This document shows positions 1 through 7,143 of a stretch of DNA of 33,975 nt, one piece after another. The notes beneath the pieces are model-generated. The model was not told the origin of the DNA, did not search any database, and saw nothing but the letters and a program-made list of their open reading frames with translations. The translations under genes and the position numbers were made by a program. How positions within the stretch are numbered: position 1 is the stretch's first letter; every line of letters starts with the position of its first letter. Source of the stretch: Gaiellaceae bacterium (GTDB lineage: Bacteria; Actinomycetota; Thermoleophilia; Gaiellales; Gaiellaceae); NCBI GenBank assembly GCA_036496165.1, contig DASXLN010000329.1:1-33975 (forward strand). Direction: 5' to 3'.

Positions 1-285
1 TATACCGCGAGCTCGGCCGAGATCGTCGCCGCTGCGCTCGCCGAGCGCGGGCGCGCGCTCGTCGTCGGCGAGCGGACGTTCGGGAAGGGTGTCGTCCAGG
101 CGGTCGACCCGCTCGACAACGGCGCCGCGCTCGTCATCACCGTCGCGAACTACTTCACGCCGGACGGCGAGAACATCGAGCGCGTCGGTGTCACACCGCA
201 GCTGCGCGCCGTCGACGACCCGGCGACCTCGCGAGACGAGGCGCTGCTCGTCGCCCTACGGACGCTCGCGCGACCGGCGTCGTAG
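1..285 (+). CDS. S41 family C-terminal processing (tail-specific) peptidase, 3' fragment; 5' end lies outside the window
   Basis: Frame 1 is open from base 1 to TAG 283-285. The translation YTASSAEIVAAALAERGRALVVGERTFGKGVVQAVDPL... carries the conserved Ser...TFGKG(Lys) catalytic block of Ctp/Prc proteases. Third codon positions are G/C-rich. Confidence 0.8.
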   Translation, partial: YTASSAEIVAAALAERGRALVVGERTFGKGVVQAVDPLDNGAALVITVANYFTPDGENIERVGVTPQLRAVDDPATSRDEALLVALRTLARPAS

Positions 286-298
286 CTACGGTGGCGCC

Positions 299-1936
299 GT
301 GGGCTCCCGGCGCCAGAAGCGGCCCTCGCGCAGTCAGCGATACGAACGGCGGCAGCCGCGGCGCAAGCCTGTCGCAGAGCTGACCGTCCGGCTTCCGAAG
401 CGGACGCGTGAGCCGGAGACCGTCGTCGCGCACCTGGGACCGACGAACTCCGGCAAGACGCATGACGCGCTCCGTTTCCTCGTCGAGAACGGGCGCGGGG
501 TGTACGCGGCGCCGCTGCGAATGCTCGCGCAGGAGGCGCATCGCCGGCTCTCTGACGAGCTGGGCGACGAGCGCGTCGGGCTCGTCACCGGCGAGGAGCG
601 TGTCAATCCGGATGCTCCGATCATCTGCTGCACCGCCGAGATGGCCCCGATGCACGGCGAGACGCTCGTCCTCGACGAGGTGCAGTGGGCCGAGGACGAG
701 GAGCGCGGCTCCGCGTGGACGCGGCTCATGCTCGGCGGCGAGTACCGCCACATCCTTCTGCTCGGCGCGGTCGAGGCGCTGCCGCTCGTGCGGCACGCGT
801 TCCCGGACGCGGAGATCAAGTTCTTCGAGCGGAAGGCGCCGCTCGACTGGGTCGGGCGCCGGCCGATCACGGGGCTGCACGGAGGGACGGTCGTCGTCGC
901 GTTCAGTCGCCGCGCGGTCATCGGCATCGCCGGCGAGCTGAATCAGCTGCATCCCGGCCGCGTCGCCGCGTTGTACGGCGCGATGCCGCTCGCGTCGCGA
1001 CGCGAGGAGATCGACCGCTTCGTCGCCGGCGCTGCCGAGGTGTGCGTCGCCACCGACGTTCTCGGCCACGGCGTCAACCTCCCGTGCGAAACGCTTCTGT
1101 TCGCCGAGACGGAGAAGTTCGACGGCAAGGAGCGCCGCGACCTCGAGCCGTGGGAGATCGCGCAGATCGCGGGGCGCGCGGGACGCTTCGGGTTCCACGA
1201 ACGCGGCCACGTCGGCGTCCTCACCGGCCTGCCGTGGGCAGATCCCGATCCGGAGCTCGTGCGCAACGCGCTCACGCCGCAGGTGCAGCTTCCCGGCGGC
1301 CACTTCGGCTACCGCGTCGTCGACACGGGACGGCTGCGGCCACAGCTCTCGGACCTGAATGTCACCCGCGTCGACGATCTCGAGCCTGCGCTGACGGCGT
1401 GGCGGCAGGCGGCGCTGCGGTACTGGAGCGTCGACGGCTGGCTGACCGTGGAGTCGATCCAGCCGCTGCTCGGGCGGCTCGACGCGGTGCGCGAGGCGCT
1501 GCACCACTGCCGCCTTCGGCTCGAGCTGGCCGACGTGTGGAAGCTCATGCAGGCGCCGATCGACGAGGACGGCCTGCCGTTGCTCGGCACGCTCGCGTGC
1601 GCGCTCGCGGGCGACAACCCGCAGCGAACGGTGATCGGCTGGCTCCTCGACCCGGCGCGCCTCGCGGCCGCGGGGCTCGAGGAAGCGGAGCAGGCGGCGC
1701 GGGAGGCATCGATCCTGCGCTGGTTCGCGCTCCAGTACCCGGGCGTCGCGGGCGTGACGATCGAGAAGGCGGCCGCACTCGAGGAAGCAGCGTCGGCGCG
1801 GGTCGTGGAGGAACTGCGCGCCGAGATCGAGGACCCGACGATCGGCCGCTGTCGCGCATGCGGGGCGCGCACGGCGCCGTGGGCGACGCTGTGCGACCGC
1901 TGCTTCATGGCGCGCGGCTACCGCAGAAGGAGCTGA
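299..1936 (+). CDS. SUV3-like superfamily-2 ATP-dependent RNA helicase with a basic N-terminus and a C-terminal CxxC...CxxC zinc ribbon
   Basis: Part of track ORF 89..1936. Motifs present: Walker A GPTNSGKTH, DExH-type box LVLDEVQW, and motif VI QIAGRAGRFG, in the order seen in SUV3/SUPV3L1 helicases. The C-terminus reads CRACGARTAPWATLCDRC. Start set at the first in-frame GTG (299) after the upstream stop; the start is uncertain. Confidence 0.75.
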   Translation: MGSRRQKRPSRSQRYERRQPRRKPVAELTVRLPKRTREPETVVAHLGPTNSGKTHDALRFLVENGRGVYAAPLRMLAQEAHRRLSDELGDERVGLVTGEERVNPDAPIICCTAEMAPMHGETLVLDEVQWAEDEERGSAWTRLMLGGEYRHILLLGAVEALPLVRHAFPDAEIKFFERKAPLDWVGRRPITGLHGGTVVVAFSRRAVIGIAGELNQLHPGRVAALYGAMPLASRREEIDRFVAGAAEVCVATDVLGHGVNLPCETLLFAETEKFDGKERRDLEPWEIAQIAGRAGRFGFHERGHVGVLTGLPWADPDPELVRNALTPQVQLPGGHFGYRVVDTGRLRPQLSDLNVTRVDDLEPALTAWRQAALRYWSVDGWLTVESIQPLLGRLDAVREALHHCRLRLELADVWKLMQAPIDEDGLPLLGTLACALAGDNPQRTVIGWLLDPARLAAAGLEEAEQAAREASILRWFALQYPGVAGVTIEKAAALEEAASARVVEELRAEIEDPTIGRCRACGARTAPWATLCDRCFMARGYRRRS

Positions 1937-2322
1937 GTACAGCGGAAGAGCGCCATCTGGCGGCCGTCGGGGTCGACGACGGCGGCGTCCCACACCTGGG
2001 TCGTACGGCCGCCGTGCACGAGGCGAGCGTCGCATTCGATCGTGCCGGTCTGTGCGCTGCGGAGGAAGTTCGTCTTCAGCTCGATCGTCGTAAAGCCGGT
2101 TGCGCCTTCCGGCAGGTTGAGGATGCAGCCGTAGCCGCATGCGGAATCCGCGAGCGTGACGACCGTTCCCGCGTGCAGGTAGCCGTTCGGTGCCAGATGC
2201 TCGTCGCGTAGGTCGAGCCGCGCCTGCGAGCGGCCCTCGCCGACGTCGTAGACGTCGACGCCGAGCAGACCGGGGAGGCCGGCCGACCCGGCTTCCTGCA
2301 GCAACGCGAGCGTGAGCTCCAT
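1918..2322 (-). CDS. PaaI-family (hotdog fold) acyl-CoA thioesterase
   Basis: Track ORF 1918..2385, trimmed to ATG at 2322 (MELTLALLQEAG...). It shows the typical PaaI core HLAPNGYLHAGTVVTLADSACGYG...IELKTNFLR...GRTTQVW. Its 3' end overlaps the helicase 3' end by 19 nt (convergent). Confidence 0.8.
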   Translation of the reverse strand: MELTLALLQEAGSAGLPGLLGVDVYDVGEGRSQARLDLRDEHLAPNGYLHAGTVVTLADSACGYGCILNLPEGATGFTTIELKTNFLRSAQTGTIECDARLVHGGRTTQVWDAAVVDPDGRQMALFRCTQLLLR

Positions 2323-2797
2323 GCGGGCGAGCCTAAGGGAAAATCCCGATGCAGGCCCACGTGCCGTCGGTGACGCTTCGGGCATCAGCTACTTCGCCAC
2401 CAAGCACGCTGAGCTCCGGGACTGGACTGCGCGCCTTCGCGACGTAGCGCGGTCGCTGCCGCAGCTTGAGGCACCGGAGCGCGTCGCCGCGGTCGCGGAT
2501 CTCGTTGCGTTCCTCGAGGACCAGGTCGAGCCCCACACGCGAATCGACGAGGCGGTGCTGTACCCGACCGCCGAGTCGCGGAGCGGCTCGCCGCTCGCGT
2601 CGGCGTCGATGGCCTACGACCACCTTGCGATCCGCTACTGGATCGCGCGGCTCGCGGACGCGGACGAGAACGACGTCGACCTGCTCCAGGAGCTCCTCTA
2701 CGGGCTGGACGCGCTCATCCGCGTCCACCTCTGGAAGGAGGACGAGCTGTTCGTGAAGCCGCTCGCGTCCTCCACGTGGCCCGCTTCGGGCGCCTAG
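2312..2797 (+). CDS. Hemerythrin (HHE cation-binding) domain protein
   Basis: His/Glu ligand pattern spread over helices: KHAELRDW, EPHTRIDEAVLYP, AYDHLAIRYW, IRVHLWKEDELF. Start is either GTG 2312 or ATG 2321. The first ~15 codons have weaker GC3, so the start is uncertain. Divergent from the thioesterase gene. Confidence 0.65.
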   Translation: MSSMRASLRENPDAGPRAVGDASGISYFATKHAELRDWTARLRDVARSLPQLEAPERVAAVADLVAFLEDQVEPHTRIDEAVLYPTAESRSGSPLASASMAYDHLAIRYWIARLADADENDVDLLQELLYGLDALIRVHLWKEDELFVKPLASSTWPASGA

Positions 2798-2815
2798 CGC
2801 TCCTAGACTGGCCCG

Positions 2816-3280
2816 ATGGCCAGGCCGACGGGCGAGAAGCTGATCGCGGACAACCGGCGCGCGCGCCACGACTACCACCTCGGCGACCGCGTGGAGGCCG
2901 GCGTCGTGCTCACCGGGACCGAGGTGAAGTCGCTGCGCGAGGGGAAGACGTCGCTCCAGCGCGCGTACGGCGAGGTCAACCAGAACGAGGCGTGGCTCGT
3001 CGGCGTCCACATCCCCGAGTACCTGCAGGGCAATCGGGCGAACCACGATCCCGACCGTCCGCGCAAGCTCCTCCTCCACCGGCGCGAGATCGACCGGCTG
3101 TACGGGCAGGTGAAGGAGAAGGGCGTGACGCTCGTGCCGACGCGGATGTATTTCAAGGACGGCCGGGTCAAGGTCGAGCTCGCCGTGGCGCGCGGCAAGG
3201 AGCTGCACGACAAGCGGCGCGACATCGCCGCGCGTGACGCTCAGCGGCAGATCGAGCGCGAGCTGGGGCGGAGGCGCTAG
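2816..3280 (+). CDS. smpB: SsrA-binding protein SmpB
   Basis: Full-length match by eye to SmpB: IADNRRARHDYHL...EAGVVLTGTEVKSLREGK...NHDPDRPRKLLLHRREI...LVPTRMYFKDGRVKVELAVARGK. The tmRNA gene lies 400 nt downstream. Confidence 0.97.
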   Translation: MARPTGEKLIADNRRARHDYHLGDRVEAGVVLTGTEVKSLREGKTSLQRAYGEVNQNEAWLVGVHIPEYLQGNRANHDPDRPRKLLLHRREIDRLYGQVKEKGVTLVPTRMYFKDGRVKVELAVARGKELHDKRRDIAARDAQRQIERELGRRR

Positions 3281-3654
3281 TCGACCGCAAGCAGGTCGAC
3301 GACGAAGACGAGCGGCTCGTGCGGGGCGATGACGCCGTTGCCCGCGCCGCGGGCGCCGTATGCGAGCGCAGACGGGATGGTCAGCGTCCGCCGGCCGCCG
3401 ACGCGCATGCCGGCGACGCCCTGATCCCAGCCCGGGATCACCTGCCCCTTGCCGAGCGCGAAGCGGAACGGCTCGCCGCGGTTCCACGACGCGTCGAACT
3501 CCTCGCCGGTGCGGAAGGCGACGCCGACGTAGTGCACTGTGACCTTGCTGCCCGGGGTCGCCTCGTCACCGTCGCCCACGACGACGTCTTCGACGCCGAG
3601 GTCGAACGGAATGTCGCCCTCCGGCTTCTCGATCGTGGGCCGCTCGAGTGGCAC
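3277..3654 (-). CDS. FKBP-type peptidyl-prolyl cis-trans isomerase
   Basis: GTG start at 3654. FKBP core present: VTVHYVGVAFRTGEEFDASWNRGEPFRFALGKGQVIPGWDQGVAGMRVGGRRTLTIPSALAYG...LVFVVDLL. Its stop shares the tetranucleotide CTAG (3277-3280) with the smpB stop. Confidence 0.9.
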   Translation of the reverse strand: MPLERPTIEKPEGDIPFDLGVEDVVVGDGDEATPGSKVTVHYVGVAFRTGEEFDASWNRGEPFRFALGKGQVIPGWDQGVAGMRVGGRRTLTIPSALAYGARGAGNGVIAPHEPLVFVVDLLAVD

Positions 3655-3668
3655 GGCGGCACCCTAGC

Positions 3669-3674
3669 TACAAT
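3669..3674 (+). promoter_or_regulatory. Candidate -10 hexamer (TACAAT) for ssrA
   Basis: TACAAT lies 18 nt upstream of the mature tmRNA 5' end. This is consistent with a short leader removed by RNase P. No convincing -35 element was seen. Confidence 0.3.
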
Positions 3675-3787
3675 GTGGGCGAACACACATACGGGGGCGA
3701 CCTGGTTTCGACGTGGTCGATCCATCCGGATGAGCTGCAAGCCGAGGTCGCCGGTTGGCCTCGTAAATCCACCGGCACCAATCAAAT

Positions 3788-3820
3788 GCGAATCCTCGTG
3801 ATCTCGCACTCGCTGCCTAG
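3788..3820 (+). other. tmRNA tag reading frame encoding ANPRDLALAA, then stop
   Basis: GCG AAT CCT CGT GAT CTC GCA CTC GCT GCC TAG. It starts with an Ala resume codon and ends in the canonical ...LALAA degron. Confidence 0.8.
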
Positions 3821-4031
3821 TTCGTAAGAGCTAGAAGGCGACGCCCTTCCGAGTTGGGCCCGTGACTCGGGACGGCGCCAACGAACGGGCTCGGCGCCGA
3901 GGGAAAGCCAATCGCCCGAAGCGCGACACTGAAGGATGGCTAGCCCGGCGGTAGGGCGGCTGCACTCCGGTCGCCGGGCGAAATCAAAGGGCAGCCTACG
4001 CTTGTAGATGCTCAGCCGGTGCGGCTGCGGA

Positions 4032-4057
4032 CGCGGGTTCGATTCCCGCCGCCTCCA
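4032..4057. repeat. Direct repeat copy 1 (ssrA 3' end, att-core-like): cgcgggttcgattcccgccgcctcca
   Basis: Read directly. These 26 nt are identical to 4796-4821 in the same orientation. Confidence 0.9.
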
Positions 4058-4795
4058 CTTTTCCCGTTAGTAGGCGCTTTTCGATCGGAACGTTTGATCG
4101 GAGGGCGCCTCGATCGGAATCGTTGTGCGCACTTGAAGAGAGGGGAGCGGCGCGCGCGGGGCCGCCCCCGCTAAAGCGGGACCCGCGCCCCAGAAGCATC
4201 CCGGCCCTTCGTAGTTCGGCAGTCGAGGGGGGCTTAGAACTCACTTCAGAAAGCGTCAGGGGCGACGCAGGTCCGCTGACAGCGACCTGAAAGCCGCTTG
4301 AAAGCGGCGGCTGCCAAGTTCACACTCGACATGCGGGGTCAGGCAGGGCGAAGGGAAGGGAGAGTGGTTTAGATGAGACTTCTTCTCGGCGGTCTCGTGG
4401 CCATGGCCGCGCTCGCGGGCGCGACCTTCGCATTTGCGGGTTCATCCGGGGGGCCGGGCGCCAACGCGTATGCGCTCGTCGTCGGCACGAGCGGTACGCC
4501 GCAGCTAATCCAAGCCCACACGAGCGGCTTCGTAAGCGTTAGCGTCGGACCATTCGGGCAGGGTGACTACTGTCTCACACCGGCGCCCGGCGTCGATGTC
4601 GTCCATACGGCGGCCGTTGCGTCCGAGGAAGCGTTCTACTCCAACGCCGCAGGGTTCCCCACCGTCCGGTATCCAACCGCCGGTCCGACGTGCGGCGCGA
4701 ACCAGCTTGAAGTGAAGACGTTCGACCAAAACGTGGCGCTCACGAACCAGATCGCCTTCACGGTGATCGTGCCGTAGCTCGTCTCAGAAACCTTG
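4058..4795. mobile_element. Putative degenerate or minimal integrated element at ssrA (738 bp, no integrase)
   Basis: Bracketed by a perfect 26-bp direct repeat of the tmRNA 3' end. It contains ~315 bp of lower-GC structured non-coding DNA and one ORF with many A/T-ending codons, unlike its neighbours. Confidence 0.4.
4373..4777 (+). CDS. Small secreted hypothetical protein (134 aa, signal peptide)
   Basis: Shine-Dalgarno GGGAAGGGAGAG lies upstream of the ATG. The N-terminus MRLLLGGLVAMAALAGATFAFAGS is a signal peptide. I recognise no family. Codon usage is visibly less GC3-biased than in surrounding genes. Confidence 0.7.
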   Translation: MRLLLGGLVAMAALAGATFAFAGSSGGPGANAYALVVGTSGTPQLIQAHTSGFVSVSVGPFGQGDYCLTPAPGVDVVHTAAVASEEAFYSNAAGFPTVRYPTAGPTCGANQLEVKTFDQNVALTNQIAFTVIVP

Positions 4796-4821
4796 CGCGG
4801 GTTCGATTCCCGCCGCCTCCA
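4796..4821. repeat. Direct repeat copy 2 (displaced ssrA 3' end fragment, attR-like)
   Basis: Identical to 4032-4057. It is not preceded by the rest of a tmRNA or tRNA body. Confidence 0.9.
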
Positions 4822-4824
4822 TTT

Positions 4825-7023
4825 CTAGCCTGTCAACGTCGTGTAGCCCGAACAGCCCACGCGGTTGCAGGCTGCCACGCGGTAGGTGGTCCCCCCTGTG
4901 ATCGCCGGAACGTTCCACGCAGTGGACGACGTTCGGCCGTCGCTCGACGATCCGTCGGAGAAGTCGATGTGCACCGCGAACTCGATTGCGTCCGGCTGTG
5001 CGCTCCACTGGAGCTGGGTCTGGACACTGAGACGACTTATGACCGAGGCGAGGTGGAGGCCCGACGGCCCTCCCGGCAGCACGTTTGTGCCGGTCACCTG
5101 CGCCGACCACGGGCCACACTCGGCGTCCCCGGTCCCCGCGATGCCGGTCTGACACGCGCGCACGCGGTAGAGGAAGCGGCCACCGCCGCTCACCTGGTGC
5201 ACGTACTGCTGCGCCCCGACGCCCGTCACGCGCACGCGGAACCCGCCGCCGGTGATCGGCGTCGCGCCCGAAGGCACGACGACGAGCGCGGCATCCTGCG
5301 TCCGCGCGGGAAGCACTTCGACCTCGTCGCCGCTCTCCGACGTCGAGCGGTCGTCCCACCGCAGCGTGATCGCGCCGTTCGCCGTCGCGGCGCCGACTCG
5401 CACGTTCGCGGGAGCGACGAGGTCCGTCTTCGCGCGCGCGTCGACGTACTGGCGCAGCGAAGCCGCGATGGCTGTCCCGTATGCGGCGTAGCCGAGGTCG
5501 TTCGGGTGCATCAAGCCGGCGCTGAAGTCGAGCAGACCGCCGAGGTCGTGGCCCTGCCGGTGGAGCGCGACCGAGTTCAGGTTGAAGAACGGCTGCGACG
5601 TGCACACGCCATGCCCGAGGAACGCGGTGGTGTGCGCGCTGACCACGTCCCAGTTGTTGTTGATCGCGGCGGCGTTCATCACCTGGTTCATCTGATCCGG
5701 GATCGTGTTCGCCCACAATGCCTCGTTCAGCGACACCTCGTTCTTCAGGATCGCGTCGTAGCCGGGGAAGATGAGGTCGGCCGTCGCGTTGTAGTCGTCC
5801 CCGTGGCACGGCAGGCCGCCGGCGCCGTGGTCGAGCGGGTTCGGATAATTCGAGATGAGCACCGGCGGGACAGCGCCGGGGAAGTGTTGCGCGATGCTCG
5901 TGGCGAGCGTGTTGTACGTGGTCGCCAACCCGGACAGATTCTGGCTGAGGGGGCCGGCGTCGCTCTGGCTGCAGTCGGAGAACGGCGTCAGGCAGTCCTG
6001 GATGATCGAGCCGAAGCCGACGTCGTTCCCGCCGATGGACATGTAGAGCGCATCGAGCTGACCCTGCGTCGCCTTGAAGGACGCGATCCGGTCGAGCTGC
6101 GCCGGTTGCGGCACGCGGATGAAGCCGAGTTGCGCCGGCTGGTTGACGTCGGGGCCTTGGTATCCCGCCGCCATCAGCGCATGCGTCGTCGCGCCGGAGC
6201 ATGCGACGAAGCCGAGCGCGAAGTTCATGCCCGGATAGAACGACTGGAGGTCGGCGTTCGCCTTCGGCGCGCCGGCGCGGTCGCTCCGGTGACAGGTCGT
6301 GACGTCGGATCTGAGCGAGTACCCGTCCGGGACGAAGATCGAGTCGTTCACGCCCCACGTGAGCCCCGTGAACGAGTCGATGTTCGACGGGTCCGCGATC
6401 CCGATTGCCGGATCGCCCTCGCCTGAGGCGAACGAGTCGCCCATCGCGCCCCACACGAACTTCGCCGTATTCGCGGTCGGCGTCGAGAGGGAGTCGGGTG
6501 TCATGGGCGTCGGCGTGAGAGTGAGGGATGTCGTGTTCACCGTTATCGAGACGGTGGAGTTGAGTATCGGCGCGACTTGCAGCGTCGAGCCGAGGGAGAG
6601 CGTGCCGCGCGACTCGTTCCCATTCCGGATCCAGCCGGCGAGCACCGTCGTGTCGCCGGCGACCGCGTCCGCGCGGAAGAGGACATCTTTGTCCGTCGCG
6701 CGAGCCTCGAACGAGTAGACGTGGCCGTCCTTCGTAAAGGTGCCCCGCGCCTTGTCGCCGAGCGTCGCGTCGAGGATGGATCCGTCTCTGCCGACGAGGC
6801 GTCGCGCCCCGAGCGAACCGTCGGAGGAGAAGAACCACGAACCGACCGTTCCGTTGTCGCAGACGTATGCGACGAGCTGGTCGCCGTCACTCACGATTGC
6901 GACGAACGCATTGCTGCCCTGGAGCGGTCCGATCCAGGTGCCGCCCACCGTGTCGGCACGGCCGCCGGTCGACAGGATTGCCGCAGCGGCGAGCGCCACC
7001 GCGACGAACAGGGCTGCCCTCAT
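4825..7023 (-). CDS. Secreted SGNH/GDSL hydrolase with an N-terminal domain of unknown function and two C-terminal fibronectin-III-like repeats
   Basis: Signal peptide MRAALFVAVALAAAAIL and RBS GGGAGG. SGNH block I is WGAMGDSFASGEG, block III is SIGGNDVGF and block V is LMHPNDLGY. The C-terminal repeats ITLRWDD.../LQWSAQP...YRVAACN look like Fn3. Confidence 0.8.
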   Translation of the reverse strand: MRAALFVAVALAAAAILSTGGRADTVGGTWIGPLQGSNAFVAIVSDGDQLVAYVCDNGTVGSWFFSSDGSLGARRLVGRDGSILDATLGDKARGTFTKDGHVYSFEARATDKDVLFRADAVAGDTTVLAGWIRNGNESRGTLSLGSTLQVAPILNSTVSITVNTTSLTLTPTPMTPDSLSTPTANTAKFVWGAMGDSFASGEGDPAIGIADPSNIDSFTGLTWGVNDSIFVPDGYSLRSDVTTCHRSDRAGAPKANADLQSFYPGMNFALGFVACSGATTHALMAAGYQGPDVNQPAQLGFIRVPQPAQLDRIASFKATQGQLDALYMSIGGNDVGFGSIIQDCLTPFSDCSQSDAGPLSQNLSGLATTYNTLATSIAQHFPGAVPPVLISNYPNPLDHGAGGLPCHGDDYNATADLIFPGYDAILKNEVSLNEALWANTIPDQMNQVMNAAAINNNWDVVSAHTTAFLGHGVCTSQPFFNLNSVALHRQGHDLGGLLDFSAGLMHPNDLGYAAYGTAIAASLRQYVDARAKTDLVAPANVRVGAATANGAITLRWDDRSTSESGDEVEVLPARTQDAALVVVPSGATPITGGGFRVRVTGVGAQQYVHQVSGGGRFLYRVRACQTGIAGTGDAECGPWSAQVTGTNVLPGGPSGLHLASVISRLSVQTQLQWSAQPDAIEFAVHIDFSDGSSSDGRTSSTAWNVPAITGGTTYRVAACNRVGCSGYTTLTG

Positions 7024-7102
7024 CAGACGCCTCCCTTGGATGTGGGCCGAGTATCCACCATCGCGACGGGACCGTCGAGGGCCGCAGGCCTATGGCATGG
7101 AC

Positions 7103-7129
7103 GGGGCCCCCGCAAGATGCGAGGGCCCC
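7103..7129 (-). terminator. GC-rich hairpin downstream of the beta-helix gene (no U-tract)
   Basis: ggggccccCGCaagatGCGagggcccc gives a stem of about 10 bp with one mismatch and a 5-nt loop. It sits 15 nt past the stop at 7144. Confidence 0.4.
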
Positions 7130-7143
7130 GGCGCCACGCCGTG

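Larger units (their letters stand above)
3693..4058 (+). ncRNA. ssrA: tmRNA (transfer-messenger RNA)
   Basis: The 5' end GGGGGCGACCTGGTTTCGAC and 3' end GGACGCGGGTTCGATTCCCGCCGCCTCCA(C) form a tRNA-Ala-like acceptor/T-arm. The acceptor has a G3:U wobble (GGGGGCG paired with CGCCTCC). There is an internal tag ORF. Only the first C of CCA is encoded. Confidence 0.95.

Noticed and set aside
191-2140. Very long ORFs lying antisense or out of frame to the genes called above. Examples: 191..2140(-), 685..2211(+), 4784..6838(-), 4969..6426(+), 7534..8901(+), 13282..14349(-), 15852..18458(+), 18014..19321(-), 23811..24836(-), 23960..25177(+), 32787..33881(-).
   Set aside because: Their translations are Arg/Pro/Ala/Gly-rich low-complexity strings without motifs. 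They overlap ORFs with clear family signatures and proper GC3 bias. Stop codons are rare in all frames of such GC-rich DNA, so these are expected artefacts.
3996-4244. 82-aa minus-strand ORF overlapping the tmRNA 3' end, and the similar ...EAAGIEPA... tail of ORF 4784..6838.
   Set aside because: The shared peptide is simply the reverse translation of the duplicated tmRNA T-arm sequence. There is no RBS or coding bias.
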